64,000 nt of DNA from Macrostomum lignano (Eukaryota), in assembly GCA_002269645.1 (NCBI GenBank), contig NIVC01003081.1, positions 1 through 64,000 of the forward strand, in the 5' to 3' direction. The notes under the pieces were generated by a model. That model had not been told where the DNA came from. It saw nothing but the letters and a program-made list of their open reading frames with translations, and searched no databases. The position numbers were made by a program, and so were the translations under genes. This document shows positions 1 through 11,000 of this stretch, piece by piece; position 1 is the stretch's first letter, and the number at the start of each line of letters is the position of its first letter.

Positions 1-3000
1 TTGAAAGCCAATAATAAAGACGGCGTACGTGCTGCTGGATGCTGCATCATTTGCCGCCACCTGTCCATTGGATCTGACACAGCTTGTTCGGCTGATTTTG
101 TCTGCTTATCGTTTTATAAAATGTTTGGCTACCCTACGGGCCTCGGAGCTCTCATTGTGCGGCTGGATAGAGTGGCCAATGGTGAATCGGTGCTTAAGAA
201 GGCCTACTTTGGCGGTGGTACCGTGCAGGTGAAGCAAAATTGTTTTTACTTTTCTGCACTTGTTTATCATCAGTGAATCTCTTATGATGAAACATAAATA
301 GCTAATTGAGGTTATTAGGCACTGCTATTAACTGCTTTTAGCAACTGGCCCTCAAGAGACCCACATGAATCGTCCGCAAAAATCGCCCTCAAAAATCGCC
401 CTTAAGAATCGCCCCCAATAATCGCCCGCAAGAATCGCCCTGAAGAATCGCTCGCCTTTAAGAATCGCCCCCAAGAATCGCCCTCAAGAATCGCCCTCAA
501 GAATCGCCCTCAAGAGTCGCCCTCAAGAATCGCCCACAAGAATCGCCCTCAAGAATCGCCCGCAAGAATCGCCCACAAGAATCGCCCTCAAGAGTCGCCC
601 TCAAGAATCGCCCTCAAGAATCGCCCTCAAGAATCGCCCTCAAGAATCGCCCCCAAGAATTGCCCTCAAGAATCGCCCTCAAGAATCGTCCCCAAAAATC
701 GCCCTTAAAAATCGCCCTCAAGAATCGCCCTCAAGAATCACCCACAAGAATCGCCCTCAAGAATTGCCCTCAAGAATCGTCCCCAAAAATCCCCTTAAGA
801 ATCGCCCCCAATAAATCGCCCTTAAGAATCGTCCCCAAAATCGCCCTCAAGAATCGCCCTTAAGAATCGTCCCCAAAAATCGCCCTTAAGAATCGTCCCC
901 AAAAATCGCCCTTAAGAATCGTCCCCAATAATCGCCCTCAAGAATCGCCCTAAAGAATCGCCTTTAAGAATCGCCCTCAAGAATCGTCCCCAAAAATCGC
1001 CCTTAAGAATCGCACCCAATAATCGCCCCTAAGAATCGCCTTTAAGAATCGCTTTTATTGAATATTAATCGCTTCCTTCCCCTATAATCACCCACAAGAA
1101 TCGCCCTGAATCGCCCCATAGAATCGCCTTTAAGTATCGATTTTATAAATCGCCCTCAAGAATCGCCAAAAATGTTAGACCTACAAAGAAAGACTCTCTG
1201 AAATCGGTGGCAGGCGATGGTCCCATCCGGCTCGTTCGTCCAGCAGTCGCCGGACCTTGCCGCCGGTTTCGAAGACGGCACCATAAACTATCTGAGCATC
1301 CTAGCAGTGCGTCACGGCTTATGGGCTCTCGAACAGCTTGGCGGCGGATGCAGCAGATCAGTCAGCGAGTCTTTCGCCTGGCCCAGTACTTGGCCCGGCG
1401 TTTAAGCGAGCTGCGCCACTCTGACGGCTCCCCTGTTTGCCTGCTGTACACCGATAATGACTATACGGACTGGACTAAGCAGGGCGGCATTGTGGCTTTC
1501 AATTTAGTGCGCTGCGATGGTAGCTTTGTTGGCTATTCGGATCTGAGCTCCAGGGCTGAAAACTATCGGATACAGGTGCGATTTATTGCTGTTACTTTTA
1601 AGTCAGGTCAGTCAGTCAGTCAGTCAGTCAGTCAGTCAGTCAGTCAGTCAGTCAGTCAGTCAGTCAGTCAGTCAGTCAGTCAGTCAGTCATCAGTCAGTC
1701 AGTCAGTCAGTCAGTCAGTCAGTCAGTCAGTCAGTCAGTCAGTCAGTCAGTCAGTCAGTCAGTCAGTCAGTCAGTCAGTCAGTCAGTCAGTCAGTCAGTC
1801 AGTCAGTCAGTCAGTCAGTCAGTCAGTCAGTCAGTCAGTCAGTCAGTCAGCCACCCTGACCCCTATAAAATGGCCCTTCCCCACCCCAACCCTACTCGCC
1901 AAAGCTCCGAGTGGGCTGCTTCTGCAACGTGGGCGCCTGCCAGCGCTACCTGGACATCACGGACGAACAGCTGTTGGCTAATCTTCGCGCCGGCCACGTG
2001 TGCGGCGACGGTGTCGATCTAGTCGACGGCCGACCTACCGGCGCTGTCCGAGCCTCATTTGGCTACATGTCGGACGAATCCGACGCCGACGCTCTGGTTG
2101 CTATGGTAACGGACAATTTTGTAATAACAAAACCTATGCCGGTATTTTCGGTTGCGGCAGCGTCGGCGCCTTTGATGTCAATGTCCCGAGACGAGCTGGC
2201 CAACCTGTGCCGCGGCGGCCAATCAGCAGCGTCAAAGGCGGCCGCGGAGTCGCACTGGCCCCATTTGGGCCGCATATTTCTCTATCCTGTGAAATCTTGC
2301 GCCGCCTTTGAAGTTGCCGCTAGTTGGCCCGTAGATCGGCGCGGCTTTCATCTTGACCGGCACTGGATGGTTGTAAACGAGTCCGGCTTGTGTCTGACTA
2401 TGAAACGGGAGCCGCGGCTTAGTCAGGTGATTTATGACGATTTTTGTTGCTGTCGTTAATTCTCTTTGTTTAGCCAATTAACCACACACTAGCTAGCCTC
2501 CTTATGTGCCTAAGAATCGCCCCTTGACCACCCATTATAAAACCGCCACTCCACCACCCCAATATAACCCCCTTCTCAACTACCCCATTATAAAACCGCC
2601 ACTCCACCACCCCAATATAACCCCCTTCTCAACTACCCCATTATAAAATCGCCCCTCAACCACTATAAAATCGCCCTCAACCACTATAAAATCGCCCCTC
2701 AGCCACTGTAAAATCGCCCCTCAACCACTATAAAATCGCCCCTCAACCACTATAAAATCGCCCCTCAGCCACTATAAAATCGCCCCTCAACCCCCATTAT
2801 AAATCGCCCCTCAGCCACTATAAAATTGCCCTCAACCATGCTAAAATTGCCCTTAAACTAGTATAAAATCGCCACTCAACCATTTCAAAGATGGTCGCCA
2901 ACCCGGATATCAATGGTGCACCCTATTCCTCGTTACTCTAGATCCGACCCTTCCTGGACCTTCAACGCCGGCTGCTGATTCTGAACTCGCCCATCAGCGA

Positions 3001-3206
3001 TCAAAATGCGGTTGTCCCAATGGACGCCGGGCACCAGACTGCCGCTCTCTGCCTGCACAGCCGCGTCTGCGCAGTCGCGTCCGCCTGCTGGACTGCGGGC
3101 AGGCCGCGGCCGACTGGCTCCACAGCGTTGTTGGGTATCCGTGCCGGCTGGTGCGGCAGGACGGCGACCGGCTGGCCAAGACTGGGGAGCAGGTAAGTGT
3201 CCGCTG

Positions 3207-3249
<43 letters not shown>

Positions 3250-3256
3250 GTCTGTC

Positions 3257-3318
<62 letters not shown>

Positions 3319-4274
3319 ACTAAGCTCAGCCAGAAACCCCTCCCCAACCAGGCCATATCCCTAGCCAACGAGCAGCAGTTCCTGCTGTTAAACGAGGCCA
3401 GTGTCGCCCACCTGTTGGACTGCATCGGTCCAGAGAGCCCGCTGGACCTGTCCAGCTGGTGGCCAGATTTCGGGCCAACCTGGTGGTTCGGGTTGCCAGC
3501 CAATGTCCGAGGAGTCCTGGACTCGACTGAGCATCGGCGGTAGGCAGTTTGCCGCTCACGGAGTCTGCACTCGGTAGGTCTGAGAGATTCTTAGGTGAAG
3601 GAGCTTCGAAAAAGGTTGAAGCCAACTAGGTTTATTGAAGGTAAAAGTTAAGTTAATTACAGAGAAGGTCAAGGGCAACTAAAGTACACAAACTTCAAGA
3701 TCAGCTAAGACACGGAGAAGATCAAGATTAACTGAGAGGTCATGGTCAGCTAAGTAAAAGGTACAGAAAAGGTCAGCTAGGGTACAAATAAGGTCATGTT
3801 TAATTAAACTACAAAGAAGGTCAAGGTCAAGTAAGTTACACAGAAAAGGTCAAGCAAGGTCAGCTAAGCTACAGAAAAAGTCAAGCAAGGTCAACTAAGC
3901 TACAGAAAAGGTCAAGCAAGGTCAACTAAGGTACATTGTACGTCAACTCGATGGTCAAGTAAGATACAAAGAAGGTCAAGCTCAAGTAGGCTTCAGAGTA
4001 GGTCCAGGTCAACTAAGACTAGGAACTTGAACTAAATATTTGAAAAGCCTAGATAATAAACATTTATCCTCCGCAATGTCAACCCAGCTGCGACATGATT
4101 GGCATCGACCAGGACACTGGCGAGTCTACAATCGAACCCATGCGCACCCTGTCCCAGATGAAAGGCGGTGCGTTGAAATTCGGTCTGTACGTGTCCGCCA
4201 CTGCCAGTGATAATACTACTGATAAGACGGCCAAATTTGAGCTTTCTGTTGGTGATGCTGTTATTGCCGAATGA
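1..4274 (+). CDS. MOCOS: Molybdenum cofactor sulfurase (NifS-like PLP domain + MOSC domain), multi-exon, 5' part outside the window
   Basis: Exons read by eye: <1-228, 1214-1575, 1905-2426, 2942-3192, 3352-3573, 4088-4274 (TGA), all GT-AG with matching phases. Motifs: [30 protein letters not shown] (PLP lysine), [76 protein letters not shown]. Five 1-nt frameshifts (~89, ~1346, ~3071, ~3452, ~3491), each repaired by adding one base to a G/C run. Confidence 0.95.
360..1180. repeat. ~13-bp minisatellite (AAGAATCGCCCTC)n in MOCOS intron
   Basis: Directly visible tandem array, degenerate at both edges. Confidence 0.95.
1602..1850. repeat. (GTCA)n microsatellite in MOCOS intron
   Basis: Near-perfect tetranucleotide run between donor 1576 and acceptor 1904. 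Confidence 0.97.
2510..2880. repeat. ~21-22-bp minisatellite (CCACTATAAAATCGCCCCTCA-like) in MOCOS intron
   Basis: Tandem array sharing the AATCGCCC core with the 360-1180 array. Confidence 0.9.
3208..3318. repeat. (GTCT)n microsatellite in MOCOS intron
   Basis: Directly visible. Confidence 0.95.
3640..4030. repeat. Degenerate AAGGTCA-containing minisatellite in last MOCOS intron
   Basis: Repeated AAGGTCAAG/AAGGTCAAC/AAGGTCAGC units. Confidence 0.8.
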
Positions 4275-4709
4275 GTTAATGATGAGATAAAAACTGTTTT
4301 TGTCACTGGAGCTTCATTCACCTCTTTAGTATATTGACTAGCTTTCTTTGCCCCCCTCTCGGTGTCTCCTCCAACTCTTACAGTTCTCTCTCTCTCCTTT
4401 ATTGATTGTATTGTTAAAGTGCTTCCCTTTAGACAGTGACCATTATTTGTTCAAACCTAATAAATAAATTCTTTTGGTTGCTAATTGCATGTATTTTTTA
4501 TCGACATTGCACATTCCACTGTTTCTATTTTTACGTCAAATCTATTTAATGATAAAATTTTCTATATAAATTTTCTAAATATTGATCGTAAAGTAAACTT
4601 AAACTTAAAGATTTTTTGTCAACTTGATTTAAATTACTGGCATCCAATTAACTTGTCTTAAATATTTGTTACTTCTAAGTTTATTCACTCATCTGATTGC
4701 ATTTTGTAG

Positions 4710-5045
4710 ACCTTCAAAAGTACCCGGTCATTGACCTTCAAAAGTACCCGGCCATTGACCTTCAGAATAATCCAACCATTGAACTCCAAAGTACCAACCA
4801 TTGACCTTAAAAGTACTCAACCATTGACCTTCAGAAATACCCAACCATTGAACTTTAGAAGTGCTCAGTTATTCACCCTTAGAAGTACCTAAACATAAAC
4901 AATGACCTTCAAAAGTACCAACCATTAACCTTTAGAAGTACCTAACTAAACGACCCCAACCATTGACCTTCAAAAGTACCCACCATCGACCTTCAGAAGG
5001 ACTCAAAACTTGATAAACCTTAAAAATACTGAAACAATGACCTTC
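4710..5045. repeat. ~23-bp minisatellite (CCATTGACCTTCAAAAGTACC-like) between MOCOS and ZNF341
   Basis: Tandem degenerate units directly visible. Confidence 0.85.
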
Positions 5046-5094
5046 GGATGTTACCTAGCAACTCGCAACTTACCGACTTCCTAAAATTGCAGCG

Positions 5095-8000
5095 ATGCAG
5101 CAAAACTCCAGCCAAGAATGCTACAACTGTCCTGCTGCCAGCATAGCAACAGATCTATTCGTATGCGGCCTATGCTCAGTTAGCTTTCACGAGCTGGGCC
5201 AGTTTCTGGCGCACAGGAATTCCAACTGCTTGGCCGCGACCGGCAATGCCGGCTGCAACTACGCGGCCGCGTCATCGTCCACTGCTGGCAGGTTTCTGAC
5301 TCACCTGCAGCAGGTTGAGCCGCCGCCTAACCATCAGTCCCCAGCCGCCTGCCTGAGCCAGGGCTACAGTGCTCCGCCAACTGCCGTTGTTGTTGCCACG
5401 GATGACTTTGTTGGCCAGCAGAGTCTGCCGTTTTTACCTGCCGATGCTGGTCCAACGGTGAGGAAGTACTTGATGTACTGTTTTCTTTTTAGGAAGTGTT
5501 GGGAACAACTAGCAACCGATTAGAAAGTTTCATCACTTGACTCCACACCACCAAATAATTAATTTGAATACCGCCCGGAGTCGAACCAGTCCTTCTGCTT
5601 ATCAGAGCGGCGTTATTGGCCACTAATTGGACCTCCCCTAAGTTTAAATCGAATCAAATTGACATATATATAAGCTGTTGAAGCCCGCGACTTTTGAAGT
5701 CATACTGAAACAAAAACGTGTTAATAGTTTGCATTGAAGTTTGAAAAATTTGAGTAAATTCTTGTTAAATTAGGATTTGAGGCAAGCATTGATCTCATCG
5801 GCTGGGGTGCTGCGCAGAATGAGTCTGTTTAAACAATGTGTGGGCAAACTCTGGTCTCTGCCTCTTTCTCCGTCCTGATCTGGTTCTTTGAAACTTATCT
5901 CCTCTCTCCTCTTTCCTCTCTCCTTTCTTTTCTCATCCCATATATCATCTCCTCTCTCCTCTCTTATCCCTTTTCTTTTTTATTTCATCTCTCCTGTCTT
6001 ATCTCCTCTCTCTTCTCTCTTCTCTCTGCTCGCTTATCTCTACTCTCTCCTCTCTTCCCTCCCTTTTCTCTCTCTCTCTTCTCACTGTTACTCTCTCTTC
6101 TCGTATATATATATTTTATTACACCTGCCCTAATGGCCGCAGCTTTGCTGTTCAGTCCAAGCACTGGGGGGTCGCCACACACAGCCTCAATTGCCCCAGC
6201 TAATGCTGGTGCCCATTTTACAGCTGGGTGAACTGAAGCAATGCAGAGTTAAGTGTCTTGCTCAAGGACACAAATTGTTCCAGTCCAGTATTGGATTCAA
6301 GAATCGAACCCCCGACCTCCTTGCCAGCAGTCCGACACTCTAACCACTAGGCTACAACCCCCATTTACATATTGAACCATTGCCAATCATTTTAAAGGCC
6401 TATTCAAACGGCATGGCGGATCCAACTGCAAGTCACCAGCAGCAGCACCAGCCTCAGTCAACTGTCACAGTGCCCAATTGCGGCTACTTTGATCCTGCAG
6501 CTTTGACACCTGCCAACAATCAGCACGTGCATCAGCAGGTGCCTCATCAGAACCCGATGGTTCAACAAATGCAATCAGAGGATGAGCAGCATCAGTCAGC
6601 TTTGCCATTAACTGCTCTTCTCTCTGAGGCATCAGTGGTCATTGATAGTACAGGTGCTTCATCAGTTGCAGTACCAGACTCTGCAGCCTCCAATTGCTTT
6701 CATCATCCACCTGTCAATCAGCAGCAGCAATATGAAGATTGCACTCATCAGCAGTATTCTAACAGCTACGCAGATCCTTATAATCTGCAGCAGCAGCAGC
6801 AGCAGAATTATGAGTTGTACGCGGCCAATACTACTTGTCAGCAGCATCAGCAGTATCAGCATGATCAGTCGCAAATGTTTGCAGAAAATCACGCGGTCAA
6901 TTCTTATTATAGTTATCAGCAGCAAGCGGCAGTGGGTCATCAAGGTCATCAGGTCATCAAGGTCATCAGGGTCATCAAGGTCATCAAGGTCATCAAGGTC
7001 ATCAGGGTCATCAAGGTCATCAGGGTCATCAAGGTCATCAGGGTCATCAGGGTCATCAAGGTAATCAGGATCATCAAGGTCATCAAGGTCATCAGGGTCA
7101 TCAAGGTCATCAGGATCACCAGGGTCATCAAGGTCATCAGGGTCATCAGTCGTCTTTTATCCAGCAACCGCAGCCAGCACCTGCTGCAATGATGTCGGAA
7201 CAAGTTTTAGCACCTTCTTCTTCGTTAGCCAGTGCTAACAGACAATCGCGAACAGGCGGCGAACAAAGAAACGATAATCAACGCTCCAAAGTGACGTTGC
7301 TACGTTCAACTGACAGGCCGCAGATGTTTCCTTGCACAGTGTGCAACTTTGTGTGCAAATATCAGAATCAGCTGACCCTGCACATGAGAAAGCATACGGG
7401 TTGACTTACTTGACTTAGCTGCAGGGCGGTCCGAAGACGCAGCGGGGAGGCGAGCGTCGCCCATTCCGCTAATCCCTGAAAGACCCGCATAGGCTAGGGC
7501 GCGGGCCGGTCAGGGAGGTCTGCCGGTCCTGTCTGCAGCGTTGTCTTCGGTGGGGAAGACGGAGGCTCGCTTGGTGGCCCGGAGGAACCGGATGAGCCGT
7601 GGGATGTTCTCGGGCCGGCAAACGTCGTCCAGGGACGGGTTGGGCCCGAGGTGGTTGAGCCGGTCTCGGTTGAAGGCCGGGCAGTAGCAGACGAAGTGCA
7701 TGGCATCTTCATTCTCGAGGCTGCAGAAGGGGCAGAGTTCACTCCGGCGAACACATCGGAGGAAGCAGTGCCTGGCAAAGCAACCGTGACCTGTGAAGGT
7801 CATAGTGAGAGCGCGGATATCTTTTCGATTTTGATTCAAAAGGATTCTCCGCAGCTTGAGGGACGGATTGGGCACTGCCGCACGAGATTGGCGGCAGTTG
7901 GAGATACCATCCCATCTGCGCAAGTGCAGGATGTCCGCCCAGTCGTTAATCTGACGATTAATGACTGTGGCGGGGATGGGGGCCAGGGGCACGGGGCCAA

Positions 8001-11000
8001 GGGGCGAGCCGGAACAGCCCGCCTTAGCGAGGGAGTCGGCGAGCTCGTTACCTTTGAAGCCGGCGTGTCCTGGGATCCACGTGAGCCGGACGGTGTTCCT
8101 CCGAGCCAGCTTGTTGAGCTGCCCGATACAGTCGCGGACTGTTCGGGAGTTCGTAGTGGTGTGACACAGGGCCTGTAAAGCGGCCTGGCTGTCAGAGTGG
8201 AAGAAGATTCTTCTGTCCTTGAAGTCCTTGCGGTGGAGCTCAGCTGCACAGGAGCTGATGGCAAGGACTTCATTCTGGAAGACGCTGGAGAGTCTGCCAG
8301 TGTGTTGGGCGTGAGTAGCAATCACGCGGCCGTTGATAAGGATGCAGACTCCAAAGCCGGATAAACCGTCTTTGGAGGATCCGTCAGTGAAGCAGTGAAC
8401 CTCCTGAGGGGCCCAGCTGTCGTTGGCGTTCTCCCTGGAGGGGATCGTGACCTTGAAGCGTTGGTAGAGGTTGAGGGAGCGCGGTTCAGCGTCCGAAAGG
8501 ACAGCCGCACTCCCACTCTCCTCCAGAACTTTAAGGCACAGGTCAGAGTGCGGCAGGAGCTTGCGCTTCGCCATCGCTCTTTGTGGCTTGAAGCTAACAC
8601 CAGCCTCGATGAGCCGGCGGGTGGTTTTAGCAGCCTCGCGACGGACAAAGATGTCCAGAGGCGGGAGGCAGAGAAAGGCGTTGAGGCCGTCAAAGGGAGC
8701 AGAGAGCGGGGCATTCAGGATCATGCGGCACGCACGTCCCTGCACCTTTTTGAGGGCTTCGTGGCAGGTTTTAATCTGCAAGGCGCTGGTCCAGACCAGG
8801 CCGGCGTATGTAACGGCCGGTCGGACCATTGCGGTATAGATCCACCAGAGACGCTTTGGGGTGAGGCCCCAGGTGGTGCCGACGGCTCTGCGCAGCTGCG
8901 CAAGAATCGCGAGGGCTTTTTTGGTTTTGGCCTGGACGTGGGTGGACCAGCTCAGCCGGTGGTCCAGCGTAACGCCGAGACACTTGGTTTGCTTGCAGGA
9001 TGGAATTTCCACCCGTAAAGCTTTAGTGGGCGAATACGCCAGTTTACCCTGCTGGTGAACATGATCGCGACAGTTTTGGTCTCGGAGAGCCTGAGGCCGC
9101 ACCTGTCCGCCCAACGTTCAGCAGAGCGAATGAAGTTTTGCAAAAGATCTCTAAGGGTTTCAGGTGACGGTCCGGATGCCACGGCTGTGACATCATCGGC
9201 GTAACCGACCTTGAGGATGGGGTCAAGATGGCTGTCCTGGAGGAGCTCATCGATGACCATGTTCCAGAGAACTGGAGAGAGGACACCGCCCTGGGGGCTG
9301 CCTTTGCAGACGGTTACCGTCCGTTGGTGGCCCAACAGGTGTGCGGTGGCAGTACGGTGGCTGATCATATACATGATCCACCGGGTGAGGTGCGAGTGGG
9401 TTCCTCTAGCACGTAGAGCTCTGTCAAAGGCCTCAAAGAGGACATTATCGAAGGCTCCAACAATGTCGAGGAAGACAGCGAGAGCGTAGCCATTACCAAG
9501 AACGGCTTTCTCCAGCATGTCAACCAGAACGTGAAGCGCGCTCTCCGTGGACCTGCCTGCCCGAAAGGCATGCTGGTTCTCACTGAGCGGCTTGTTCTTC
9601 AGTTCCACAGAGAGGAGGCGCCAGAGCACCAGTCTCTCTAACAGCTTCACCAATGAGGAGGTGAGGCTAATTGGTCTGAAGGATTTAATGGACCGGTAGT
9701 CCGGTCGGCCAGGCTTGGGGATAAAGACCACCTTGGCCTCGGTCCAGGATTTCGGAACAAAGCCGAGCACAATGCAGGCTTTCAGAAGCCGGCAAAGGTT
9801 CCGCAGGAAACCGGTGCATTTCACCGCCTCCCGCAGGAAGGCTGGCACAACGCCGTCCGGTCCTGGGGATTTGAAGGGTTTGAAGGAGGAGACAGCTTTA
9901 GTAACGCGGTCCTCCGTGATGATTGAGTCAGCCAGTACGTGTCCGCCCACTGAGTGGTCAGGGGGCCGGGCCTAGCTGGCTCGTTCGGGAAAAACGCTGT
10001 TAGCATCGCTTCCAGTGTTTCTCCTGGGTTCTCAGTGAGCGAGCCGTCGGCTCTCTTGACTGAGGAGAGTTTGGACATTTTGTCCAGGGTGAGGGCTTTA
10101 ACGATTCTGGAGGTGGGGCGGGAGCCCTCAAGTTCCTCACAGTATTCGCGCCACTTGTTGGTTTTGGCGTTCCTAACCTGCCTCTTGAACTCGTGGATAG
10201 AGTTCAGGTAGGCGGTTTGGTCGGCCGGGTTTTTAGTTTTTTGGGCCCTGCGGTGAAGCCTTTTGGCTCTGCGACGGAGGTCGCCAAGCTGCGGGTTCCA
10301 CCATGGGGCCGACTGTTTGCCTTTATATGCCTTTAGTGGGCATGAGGCTTCGAAGGCAGCAGTGAGCGAGTCCGTAAGTGCGGCCGCAAATTCATCTGCT
10401 TCTTCGCAGGTGTTGATGGAGACTGGAGCGCTAGTGCAACGATAGGTCTCCTCCAGGGCAAGCCTGAAGGCGGTCCAGTCGGTATTCCTAGCATTCCGTT
10501 TCCAGTAAAGCTGGCCTGCGTTACGGGCGCTGGCCAGCGTGAAAGAGATGAACTTGTGATCGGAGAGGGACGCCTCAGGAAGCACCCGCCATTCCCTAGT
10601 GCTCTGGAAGAGCCTGGGCGTGGCGAGGGTGGCATCCAGCACCTCCGATCGGCGTCCGTTATTGAAGGTAGGGGTACTACCCGAGTTACAGAACTCAAGG
10701 GTTGTAGTAGCAATATAAGCCAGGAAGTCTTCACCTCTCTGGTTTATATCAGAACTGCCCCAGTGGGTGTGGTGGGCATTGATGTCACCTGCCACGAGCA
10801 GCTCATAGTTTCTGGTGGAGCAGAGCTCGACCAGTGTGACAAGCTCTACTGGGATCATCTCGCCGTCGCCCGGTAGGTAAACCGAGGCGATGAGGGTAGT
10901 CCTCCCAGGGAGTATGTCTTCAGACTGGATGACACAGATGTCCCTGGTGGACAGGTCTGATCTGAGCCATGCGTTAATAGAACTGGACACCATGATGCAG

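Noticed and set aside
5566-5638. Functional tRNA-Ile(GAU)
   Set aside because: Anticodon and acceptor stems do not form; treated as a tRNA-derived fragment.
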